NCBI GenBank assembly: GCA_016196785.1 | Contig: JACPXA010000263.1 | Span: forward strand, 1-32,066 | Reading direction: 5' to 3' | Source: Elusimicrobiota bacterium | Lineage (GTDB): Bacteria; Elusimicrobiota; Elusimicrobia; 2-01-FULL-59-12; JACPXA01 | DNA length: 32,066 nucleotides | Part shown: one piece after another, positions 24,385-31,499 of the stretch | How the letters are laid out: each line of letters begins with the position of its first letter | How positions within the stretch are numbered: the first letter of the stretch is position 1 | The notes under the pieces: generated by a model | Seen by the model: the letters and a program-made list of their open reading frames with translations, nothing else | What the model was told of the DNA's origin: nothing | Databases searched by the model: none | Made by a program: the position numbers and the translations under genes

Positions 24385-24701
24385 TTAAGGATTACCTCTT
24401 GGGGAGGAGTTCAGCGACGAGCACCGCTTCGAACAACGTTCCTTTCAGGGGAGAGTTCAGCGAGCGACAGCCAAGGGAGTATGGATTCCTTGTTTGGGGA
24501 AACGATTCACGGGGCGAGAGATCCAGGAGTGGGTTCAGTGAGGCGGCCGGAAACGTTTCGCGAAGAAATCGTAGAGAGCACCGCCGAACGCCGAGGAATG
24601 GGGGAACCTAGGTTCCCCCTTGGCGAGCGCCGCTGCGTAGCAATTCCTACGAAGCAGCGGTCTTCAGACCCGAATGCCGAAGGCATGAGGGCGCGATTTA
24701 A
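24385..24701 (+). ncRNA. Candidate structured non-coding RNA / long 5' leader ending at tRNA-Trp (unclassified)
   Basis: No credible ORF. Direct repeats with core GAGTTCAGCGA (24407, 24453, 24531) and GAGCACCGC..CGAAC (24419, 24576). Perfect hairpins at 24601-24618, 24630-24660 and 24674-24686. Confidence 0.35.
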
Positions 24702-24777
24702 GGGGGTGTCCGTTAATTGGTTAAACGGCCGGTCTCCAAAACCGGTCCTGTAGGTTCGAGTCCTACCACCCCCGCCA
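24702..24777 (+). tRNA. tRNA-Trp (anticodon CCA), CCA encoded
   Basis: Acceptor GGGGGTG/CACCCCC, anticodon arm CCGGT-CTCCAAA-ACCGG, T arm GTAGG-TTCGAGT-CCTAC, discriminator G then CCA. Confidence 0.9.
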
Positions 24778-24792
24778 GTATGGGAGCAGTGA

Positions 24793-24972
24793 GTGCCACC
24801 ACTTGTTCAATTTTTTAAAGAAGCATGGAACGAACTCAAACTCGTCAACTGGTTGTCGAGGAAGCAGGTGATCGCCTCCACCGTGGTGATCATTCTGCTG
24901 GTGATCGTCGTGGCGATCTTTGTCGGGGTGATTGATCTGGTGTTGACGAGGGTCCTGGCGGTTCTGTTGTAA
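24793..24972 (+). CDS. secE: Preprotein translocase subunit SecE (59 aa single-TM form; below the ORF-track cutoff)
   Basis: GTG 24793. Translation: ..PPLVQFFKEAWNELKLVNWLSRKQVIASTVVIILLVIVVAIFVGVIDLVLTRVLAVLL*. Canonical position before nusG. Confidence 0.85.
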   Translation: MPPLVQFFKEAWNELKLVNWLSRKQVIASTVVIILLVIVVAIFVGVIDLVLTRVLAVLL

Positions 24973-24978
24973 CCCGTT

Positions 24979-25509
24979 ATGGAACGTGGATGGTACGTGA
25001 TTCATACCTACTCAGGCCATGAGGACAAGGTGAAGGCCGCCTTAGAGAAGGCAGTCACGAACCTTGGCCTGCAGAACAAGATCTTTCAGGTGTTGATCCC
25101 AACGGAAGAAGTCGTCGAAATCAAGCGAAACAAGAAACAGATCAAGAAACGGAAGTTCTTCCCAGGGTATGTCATCGCCGACTTGATTGTGGATAATGAA
25201 ACCTACTGGACCATCCGGAACACGGCGGGGGTGACCGGTTTTCTCGGAGGGATCAAGCCCACCCCCCTCAACTCGGAGGACGTCAAAAATCTTCTAGAAT
25301 TGTCCACCGCTCCCCCTGGCCAGAAGCCGAAGCCGGCCATCCAGTTTATGAAGGATGAGAGCGTGCGGATCATTGATGGCCCCTTCCGGCATTTCATCGG
25401 GGTCGTGGAAACCGTCAACGAGGAACGTGGGAAACTGAGGGTCATGGTGTCCATTTTTGGTCGCCCCACCCCGGTGGAGCTCGACTTCCTCCAAGTTGAG
25501 AAGTTATAG
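24979..25509 (+). CDS. nusG: Transcription termination/antitermination factor NusG
   Basis: [27 protein letters not shown] region [34 protein letters not shown]. Confidence 0.94.
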   Translation: MERGWYVIHTYSGHEDKVKAALEKAVTNLGLQNKIFQVLIPTEEVVEIKRNKKQIKKRKFFPGYVIADLIVDNETYWTIRNTAGVTGFLGGIKPTPLNSEDVKNLLELSTAPPGQKPKPAIQFMKDESVRIIDGPFRHFIGVVETVNEERGKLRVMVSIFGRPTPVELDFLQVEKL

Positions 25510-25522
25510 AAGGGACTAGTGT

Positions 25523-25972
25523 ATGGCGAAGAAAGTCAAAACACAGATTAAGCTACAGATCCCGGCGGGTGCCGCGAACCCCGCACCGCCCGTCGGGCCA
25601 GCGCTGGGACAGCATGGCGTCAACATCATGGAGTTCTGCCAACAGTTCAATACCCGGACCAAGACCATGGAAGCCGGGATGACCATCCCCATCGTCATTA
25701 CCGTCTATGAGGATCGCTCCTTTAGTTTCATCACGAAAATGCCACCCATCTCGGCGCTCTTAAAGAAAGCGGCTGGACTGGCCAAGGCATCCGGCGTACC
25801 CAATCGAACCAAGGTTGGCAAGGTCACCACTACCCAGGTCGAGGCCATCGCCAAGCAAAAGCTGCCGGACCTCAACACGCGGGATCTGGCGGCGGCCATG
25901 CAAATGGTCCGGGGAACCGCCCGCAGCATGGGCATCGAGGTGGTGGGCGTGGGTGGAGGGCTAGAGGAATGA
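25523..25972 (+). CDS. rplK: 50S ribosomal protein L11
   Basis: [35 protein letters not shown]. Confidence 0.95.
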   Translation: MAKKVKTQIKLQIPAGAANPAPPVGPALGQHGVNIMEFCQQFNTRTKTMEAGMTIPIVITVYEDRSFSFITKMPPISALLKKAAGLAKASGVPNRTKVGKVTTTQVEAIAKQKLPDLNTRDLAAAMQMVRGTARSMGIEVVGVGGGLEE

Positions 25973-26655
25973 GCAAACGCATGGCAACGCTGACCACCCA
26001 GGTGGACCGGACCAAGGTATATTCCCTGGCGGAGGCGGTGACGCTGGTCAAACAGACGGCGACGGCCAAGTTTCCCGAGACGGTGGAACTCCATGTACGC
26101 CTCGGGGTGGATCCAAAGCAGTCCGACCAGCACGTTCGTGGGAATGCCCTCTTGCCGCATGGGACGGGGAAGACCCGGCGGGTGGTCGTCGTCGCCAAGG
26201 GGGAGAAGCTCAAGGAAGCGGAGGCCTCAGGGGCTGATGTCTCCGGTGGGGAGGATCTGGTCGAGCGGATCGCCAAAGGGTGGATGGAATTTGACGTGCT
26301 GGTGGCAACGCCGGATGCCATGAAGGACCTCTCGCGGCTCGGCAAACTCCTCGGTCCCAAAGGGTTGATGCCCAACCCCAAGGCCGGGACCGTGACCTTT
26401 GAGATCGCCCGCGCCGTCAAGGAACTCAAAGCCGGACGGATTGAATTGAAGGTGGACGCCCTCAGCATTATCCACTGTCCCATTGGCAAGGCATCGTTCT
26501 CCGCAGAGCAACTAGCCGCCAACGCCCAAGCAGTGCTGCAAACCCTCCTCGCCGCAAAGCCGGCGGCGGCCAAGGGACAGTATCTCCGCAGTATCACCGT
26601 GGCCTCGACGATGGGGCCGGGGATTCGGGTTGACCCGACACAAAAGTTCGCCTAA
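25969..26655 (+). CDS. rplA: 50S ribosomal protein L1
   Basis: [47 protein letters not shown] overlap with rplK. Confidence 0.95.
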   Translation: MSKRMATLTTQVDRTKVYSLAEAVTLVKQTATAKFPETVELHVRLGVDPKQSDQHVRGNALLPHGTGKTRRVVVVAKGEKLKEAEASGADVSGGEDLVERIAKGWMEFDVLVATPDAMKDLSRLGKLLGPKGLMPNPKAGTVTFEIARAVKELKAGRIELKVDALSIIHCPIGKASFSAEQLAANAQAVLQTLLAAKPAAAKGQYLRSITVASTMGPGIRVDPTQKFA

Positions 26656-26663
26656 CGAATCCA

Positions 26664-28766
26664 TTGCTGATCAGCGTTCTCGCGGTTAGCCTCCTTGCCC
26701 TGCTGTTTGCCGCGGTCCTCGCGATGGACGTCCTCCGTCGAGACACCGGGACCCCCGAGATGCGGGTGGTCTCGGATGCCATTCGAGAGGGGGCCCAAGC
26801 TTTCTTGCGGCGTCAGTACCTCACCATCGGCATCCTCACGTTCGTTGTTTCACTCATCATCGCCGGTCTCTATATCCTGGTCAAGCACCAGGTCAGCACC
26901 GCCCTGACGACGGCTTTCGCCTTCCTCGTGGGGGCCTTTTGCTCGGCGCTCTCCGGCTACCTCGGGATGTCTATTGCCATCCGTGCGAACATCCGAACCG
27001 CCAGCGCTGCCCGCCGTAGCCAGAGCGAGGCACTGATGATTGCTCTGCGGGGTGGGGCGGTCTCCGGGGTCACCATCGTGGCCTTGAGCCTGCTCGGGGT
27101 GGGCGGGCTGTTTTGGCTGTTGGGAGGGATGCAGAACCCTTGGGAGGTCCCGCTCAAGCTGGTCGGGTTTGGGTTTGGAGCGAGTTTCGTCGCGCTCTTT
27201 GCTCAACTAGGCGGTGGGATTTACACCAAAGCCGCTGATGTTGGGGCAGACCTCGTGGGCAAGGTCGAGGCGGGCATCCCCGAAGATGATCAGCGAAACC
27301 CCGCTGTGATCGCAGACCTAGTCGGGGATAACGTGGGCGACTGTGCCGGACGTGGCGCCGACCTCTTTGAATCCACCGCGGCGGAAAACATCGGGGCGAT
27401 GATCCTTGGTGTGGCGCTCTACCCCTATTTTGGGATTCGAGGAGTGATGTTTCCTTTAGTCGCTCGAGCCTTTGGGTTGCTTGCCTCCATGGTCGGTGTG
27501 ATGGTGGTGCGTGGGCAAAGGAGCGTGGACGGTGAGGAGAGGGATCCTATGACCGCGCTCAACCAGGGGTTCTACGTCACGTCCCTCTTGGCCGCGATGG
27601 GATTGTACGTCGCCACCCGCTGGTTACTGGGCAATAACCTGTGGCTCTTCGCGGCGGGCTTGATCGGCCTGATCACCAGTTGGCTCTTTCTCTATATCAC
27701 CCTGTACTACACTGACCACCGCTTTCGGCCGGTACTCTCCATCGTGAAGGCCTCCCAGACAGGGCCCGCGACCAACATCATTACGGGACTTGCGGTGGCG
27801 CTAGAGTGTACAGCCTTGCCGGTGATCGTGATCTCGCTCGCCCTGGTGGGGTCCTATGCGTGCGGGGTGCATGGCCTGGCTCAGTTCTTGGGAATTTCTT
27901 CGCTCAGCGCCGGGCTCTATGGCACGGCGGTCGCCACGATGGGGATGCTCTCCGTATGCGCATATATCCTCGCCATGGACACCTTTGGCCCAATCACCGA
28001 TAACGCTTCGGGGATCATTGAGATGAGCGGCCAGTCCGAGGAGGTCCATCGCAAAGCCGCTCGGCTCGATGCCGTGGGGAATACCACCAAGGCCCTCACG
28101 AAAGGCTATGCCATTGGCTCCGCGGCGCTGGCGGCGTTCCTCTTGTTTGCCGCCTACCTGGACGAGGTGCGGCACCTCACCGGGGTGTCCCACCACGTGG
28201 TGAACCTGGCCAGGGTGGAGGTGTTTACCGGCGGCATGCTCGGGGTCATGCTGGTGTTCCTATTTTCGTCGCTCGCGATCCGCGCCGTCGGCAAAGCGGC
28301 TGGATATGTCATCCAGGAGGTTCGTCTCCAGTTTCGAGAGACCCCCGACATTCTCACCGGGCAAGCCAAGCCCAACTATGCCCGATGTGTGGATATCGTC
28401 ACCAAAGGCGCCCTGAAAGAGATGATCCTGCCAGGTCTCTTGGTGGTCGCGATGCCGATCGCCGTCGGGCTCATCTTTCGAGGTCTCGGAACAGGGGTGG
28501 AGAGCGTGGCGGCCCTCTTGATGGTAGGGACCATCGGCGGGATCCTCTTGGCCACCTTCATGAATAACGGTGGGGGCGCGTGGGACAACGCCAAAAAGTT
28601 TGTTGAAGCTGGTTCCTATGGTGGAAAAGGATCCGACACGCACAAGGCCACCGTTGTTGGCGACACCGTGGGCGATCCACTGAAGGATACCGCCGGCCCT
28701 TCCCTGCATGTCCTGATCAAACTCCTCGCGACCATCACCCTCGTCCTCGCCCCCCTGTTCGTCTAG
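26664..28766 (+). CDS. hppA: Membrane-integral H+-translocating pyrophosphatase, K+-independent signature
   Basis: 700 aa, many TM helices. DVGADLVGKVEAGIPEDDQRNPAVIADLVGDNVGDCAGRGADLFES, GNTTKALTKG at 28077-28106, DTVGDPLKDTAGPSL. TTG start 8 nt after the rplA stop. Confidence 0.92.
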   Translation: MLISVLAVSLLALLFAAVLAMDVLRRDTGTPEMRVVSDAIREGAQAFLRRQYLTIGILTFVVSLIIAGLYILVKHQVSTALTTAFAFLVGAFCSALSGYLGMSIAIRANIRTASAARRSQSEALMIALRGGAVSGVTIVALSLLGVGGLFWLLGGMQNPWEVPLKLVGFGFGASFVALFAQLGGGIYTKAADVGADLVGKVEAGIPEDDQRNPAVIADLVGDNVGDCAGRGADLFESTAAENIGAMILGVALYPYFGIRGVMFPLVARAFGLLASMVGVMVVRGQRSVDGEERDPMTALNQGFYVTSLLAAMGLYVATRWLLGNNLWLFAAGLIGLITSWLFLYITLYYTDHRFRPVLSIVKASQTGPATNIITGLAVALECTALPVIVISLALVGSYACGVHGLAQFLGISSLSAGLYGTAVATMGMLSVCAYILAMDTFGPITDNASGIIEMSGQSEEVHRKAARLDAVGNTTKALTKGYAIGSAALAAFLLFAAYLDEVRHLTGVSHHVVNLARVEVFTGGMLGVMLVFLFSSLAIRAVGKAAGYVIQEVRLQFRETPDILTGQAKPNYARCVDIVTKGALKEMILPGLLVVAMPIAVGLIFRGLGTGVESVAALLMVGTIGGILLATFMNNGGGAWDNAKKFVEAGSYGGKGSDTHKATVVGDTVGDPLKDTAGPSLHVLIKLLATITLVLAPLFV

Positions 28767-28889
28767 GAGCCTGAGCAAATACTCTCTTCGTCGTCATTCC
28801 CGCGGCTGTAAGCGGGAATCCAGAGACGTTAACGACACTGGATCCCCGCTTTCGCGGGGATGACAAACTAATTGCTCAGGCTCCCTAGA
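28762..28889. repeat. Compound palindromic element (MITE/REP-like): 17-18 bp outer inverted arms enclosing a ~74-bp three-hairpin core
   Basis: Outer arms TCTAGGAGCCTGAGCAA (28762-28778) and TTGCTCAGGCTCCCTAGA (28872-28889). Core 28793-28866 is GTCATTCCCGCG..GCGGGAATCCAG..CTGGATCCCCGC..GCGGGGATGACAA. Overlaps the hppA stop. Confidence 0.8.
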
Positions 28890-29081
28890 ACTCCGCCATC
28901 GCCACTGGTGCCATCCTTAACAAGTCTTTAACCGGGTTAATTTTCGATTAACATCTACCACACTGGCTGAGTCGCTGTTGCTTGTTGACCAACAAAACGG
29001 TCGGAAATCACATCTATAAATTAATGCGTTTTTTTGTTTCGAGAAACGTAAAGTTGAAGTCCGCTTCACACCTGATCTTTC

Positions 29082-29094
29082 CCCTTGACAAGGG
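29082..29094. promoter_or_regulatory. Perfect inverted repeat CCCTTG-A-CAAGGG containing a TTGACA -35 box; candidate operator/promoter of the MerR::REC gene
   Basis: Seen directly. TTGACA at 29085-29090, 48 nt upstream of ATG 29138. No convincing -10 identified. Confidence 0.3.
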
Positions 29095-29137
29095 ACCAAT
29101 ACCAGAGTAGGAGAGGAGTGGGAAGCAGAGACCAGCA

Positions 29138-29800
29138 ATGGCGAACATTAAAACCAACCAATGGGTCAAGATCGGGGAAGTGGCGAGGCAGGCCGGTGTC
29201 TTAGCCTCCACAGTGCGGTACTACACCGACCTTGGCTTGTTGGAAACTGTGGGCGAGACCCCGGGCGGGCAGCACCTCTACGACGTAGGGGAAACCTTGG
29301 CCCGGATCGCGCGGATCCGCTGGTTGGAACAGCGGGGGATGGACCTGCAAGAGATTAAAGCGGAATTTAATCCCCAACGCCGGCTGGTTCGGGTACTGGT
29401 GGTAGATGATGAACCCACGGTCGGAGAACTGATGGGGGCGGTACTCCAGGGGCGGGTCGCGACGGAGCTTCGGGTTGCGCGAGACGGCTTTTCAGCGGGG
29501 GAGATGCTGGCCGAGTACTTGCCGGATCTGGTGGTGCTCGATCTGCGGCTGCCGGGGATCGATGGGATAGAGCTGTGTCGGCGGATGCGGCGGACGCCTC
29601 GGTTTCAGGCCACGAAGATCTTAGCGATCACGGGATATGACACCCCGGAAACGCGCACCGAGATTCTAGCTGCGGGAGCGGACGGGTATCTCCCCAAACC
29701 GTTTACCCTCACCGAGCTGGGGCAACAGCTCGAGACGTTGCTGAAGCCGCCGGCTCCTCCGCAGGGAGGGACGCCGGCCAAGGTTAGAGGAACACCATGA
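29138..29800 (+). CDS. Hybrid regulator: N-terminal MerR-type HTH fused to a C-terminal CheY-like receiver domain
   Basis: MerR HTH: KIGEVARQAGVLASTVRYYTDLGLL. REC: VLVVDDEP, DLVVLDLRLPGIDG, ILAITGY, GADGYLPKPF. Confidence 0.85.
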   Translation: MANIKTNQWVKIGEVARQAGVLASTVRYYTDLGLLETVGETPGGQHLYDVGETLARIARIRWLEQRGMDLQEIKAEFNPQRRLVRVLVVDDEPTVGELMGAVLQGRVATELRVARDGFSAGEMLAEYLPDLVVLDLRLPGIDGIELCRRMRRTPRFQATKILAITGYDTPETRTEILAAGADGYLPKPFTLTELGQQLETLLKPPAPPQGGTPAKVRGTP

Positions 29801-31401
29801 GGATATGGCTTCCTCCTCACCCTCCCCTCTCCCCCTTCCAGGGGGAGAGGATTAAGGAGAGGGGGTCGTTCAGAGCCGCGGGGTTGGCAGTATGGCTAGT
29901 GCTAGGAGTGGGTGGCACAGGCTGGTGCGCCTTTGAGCCGGCGGTGGTGGGGGCACGGGCGGCCGGGGTGAGCGAGGCGGTCGTGGCCGTGGCGGATGAC
30001 GCCACCGCCGGTTACTACAACCCGGCAGGACTCCTCAAGGTCCCGCAGCCGGAGCTCATGGCGAGCTACTCGCGCCTGTTCCTAGGGTTGGACGACGGCT
30101 CGCAGTTGGGGCGGTCGGTGGTTATGTATGGACAGCAGTTGAAAGGGCTGAGAGGGCGCAAGGGGGCGGTAGGACTACAGTACCTGTTGTTCCAGTTGCC
30201 AAGTCTGTACAAAGAAGAGACGGTGGGGGTGAGTTATGCCCAGGGATGGGATGACCGGCTGAACCTCGGGGTGACCGGGAAGGTGTTGCGGGTCAGTCTG
30301 GGGGGCGATGAGTTCACCGGGAACGCGATCAACCCGCTGACCGGTGCGACACGGGGTGGGGCTGACCCGGTCATTGCGGATGCATCGCGGCGCACGCGGC
30401 TCGCAGCGGATGTAGGAGCCCAGTGGCGAATCACCTCCGCCTACACGGTGGGGGTGAGTGTGGCCAACTTGAACCAGCCCAACATCGCCTTAAGTAGCAG
30501 TGATGTGGATCGGGTCAGTCGGGTCTATCGGTTTGGGGTGGCGCGGCGGACCCGCAATCTGACGATTGCCCTAGACGGGCTGGAACGGAAGTTCACACGG
30601 GAAGACTTTCGCGGAAGCCTCGGCATCGAGAAATGGTGGGGCCATGGGCTGGCGGTCCGTGGTGGCTTCGGAGCAGGTTCTCGGGACTTTCGAGCGATCA
30701 CCGTAGGGGCGGCGTATCAGTATCGAGCGTTTCAGGTGGACTATGGATTTAGCTATCCGATCACGGGGATCACGGGGACGGCGGGAACCCATGTGTTTGG
30801 GTTCACCGTGCGGTTTGGAACGCCGCCCCTGGATGAGGCGACGCTGGAAGCGCGCTTAGAGACCGAGGTGGCGGCGCGGCAGCGTCTCGAGGCGGAGTTA
30901 CAAGAGGCGCTCGCCGCGGTGGAGCAAACGACGAAGGCTGCCGCCCAGGCCCAAACGGAGGTGGAAACGCTTCGCAAGCAGGGAGAGGAACCTGCGCTCA
31001 GCACCGCGGAGCGGTTAGCCCAGGTCAGGGCTCGGCAGGCGGGGGAGGCCAAGCAGATGCAGCGGGTGCTTGAGGAAGACCTCGCTCGCTGGCAGAACAG
31101 GAAGGGCACGCTGCCGGAGCGGTTGGCGTTGGTGCAACGGATGATTCAAAAGTATCAGCGGTGGGGGCTGGATCCTGCCCGCTTGGAGGGGGAGCGGGAG
31201 GAGTTGCAGGCCCAACTGGTTCGGATCCAGGAAGAGTATCAGCTTGCCTGGCGATACTACCAGAAGCTTGTCCAAGGGGGAGCGACGGTGCCGGAACGGA
31301 GAGAACTCTTAGAGCGTACCCTGAAACGATATCAGGCGATGGGCGTTGAGGTCACCGAGGTTCAGCAGGAACTCACCCGTCTCCAGGGAGGTCAGCCGTG
31401 A
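29797..31401 (+). CDS. Outer-membrane beta-barrel-like protein (PorV/PorQ- or TraF-like N-terminal signature) with a ~190-aa C-terminal coiled-coil extension
   Basis: GARAAGVSEAVVAVADDATAGYYNPAGL. Alternating-strand region ending in the beta-signal-like HVFGFTVRF (about 30790-30816). Then heptad-rich ARLETEVAARQRLEAELQEALAAVEQ... to the stop. ATGA coupling to the regulator; true start uncertain because of the embedded repeat. Confidence 0.65.
   Translation: MRIWLPPHPPLSPFQGERIKERGSFRAAGLAVWLVLGVGGTGWCAFEPAVVGARAAGVSEAVVAVADDATAGYYNPAGLLKVPQPELMASYSRLFLGLDDGSQLGRSVVMYGQQLKGLRGRKGAVGLQYLLFQLPSLYKEETVGVSYAQGWDDRLNLGVTGKVLRVSLGGDEFTGNAINPLTGATRGGADPVIADASRRTRLAADVGAQWRITSAYTVGVSVANLNQPNIALSSSDVDRVSRVYRFGVARRTRNLTIALDGLERKFTREDFRGSLGIEKWWGHGLAVRGGFGAGSRDFRAITVGAAYQYRAFQVDYGFSYPITGITGTAGTHVFGFTVRFGTPPLDEATLEARLETEVAARQRLEAELQEALAAVEQTTKAAAQAQTEVETLRKQGEEPALSTAERLAQVRARQAGEAKQMQRVLEEDLARWQNRKGTLPERLALVQRMIQKYQRWGLDPARLEGEREELQAQLVRIQEEYQLAWRYYQKLVQGGATVPERRELLERTLKRYQAMGVEVTEVQQELTRLQGGQP
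29811..29865. repeat. GC-rich hairpin repeat (CCTCTCCCCC-ttcca-GGGGGAGAGG plus a second GGAGAGGGGG arm), related to 121-156
   Basis: 10-bp perfect stem 29826-29835/29841-29850. Lies inside the first 25 codons of the annotated barrel ORF. Confidence 0.6.
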
Positions 31402-31419
31402 GGACATCTCTACTTATCC

Positions 31420-31484
31420 GTCATTCCCGCGCAAGCGGGAATCCAGTCCAGAAATCTGGGTCCCCGCCTGCGCGGGGACGACAA
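31420..31484. repeat. Second copy of the three-hairpin palindromic core (no outer arms)
   Basis: GTCATTCCCGCGcaaGCGGGAATCCAG..CTGGGTCCCCGCctgcGCGGGGACGACAA aligns with 28793-28866. Confidence 0.8.
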
Positions 31485-31499
31485 TCCAAAGCTCAGTGT

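Noticed and set aside
24324-24753. Track ORFs 24324-24611 (95 aa) and 24481-24753 (90 aa) in the rpmG/tRNA-Trp spacer
   Set aside because: Both are Arg/Gly/Ser-rich with low-complexity, repeat-driven sequence. The second runs through tRNA-Trp and its SD-like AAGGGAG lies only 1 nt from the ATG. The region is better treated as non-coding.
28885-29081. A/T-rich spacer with small palindromes (TTAACC-G-GGTTAA ~28927, TTGTTG-AC-CAACAA ~28984, CGTTTC-GA-GAAACG ~29030) and minus-strand ORFs of 65-73 aa
   Set aside because: The ORFs lack SD sequences and have implausible composition. The palindromes could be regulator sites, but none can be tied to a promoter or a known operator consensus from sequence alone.
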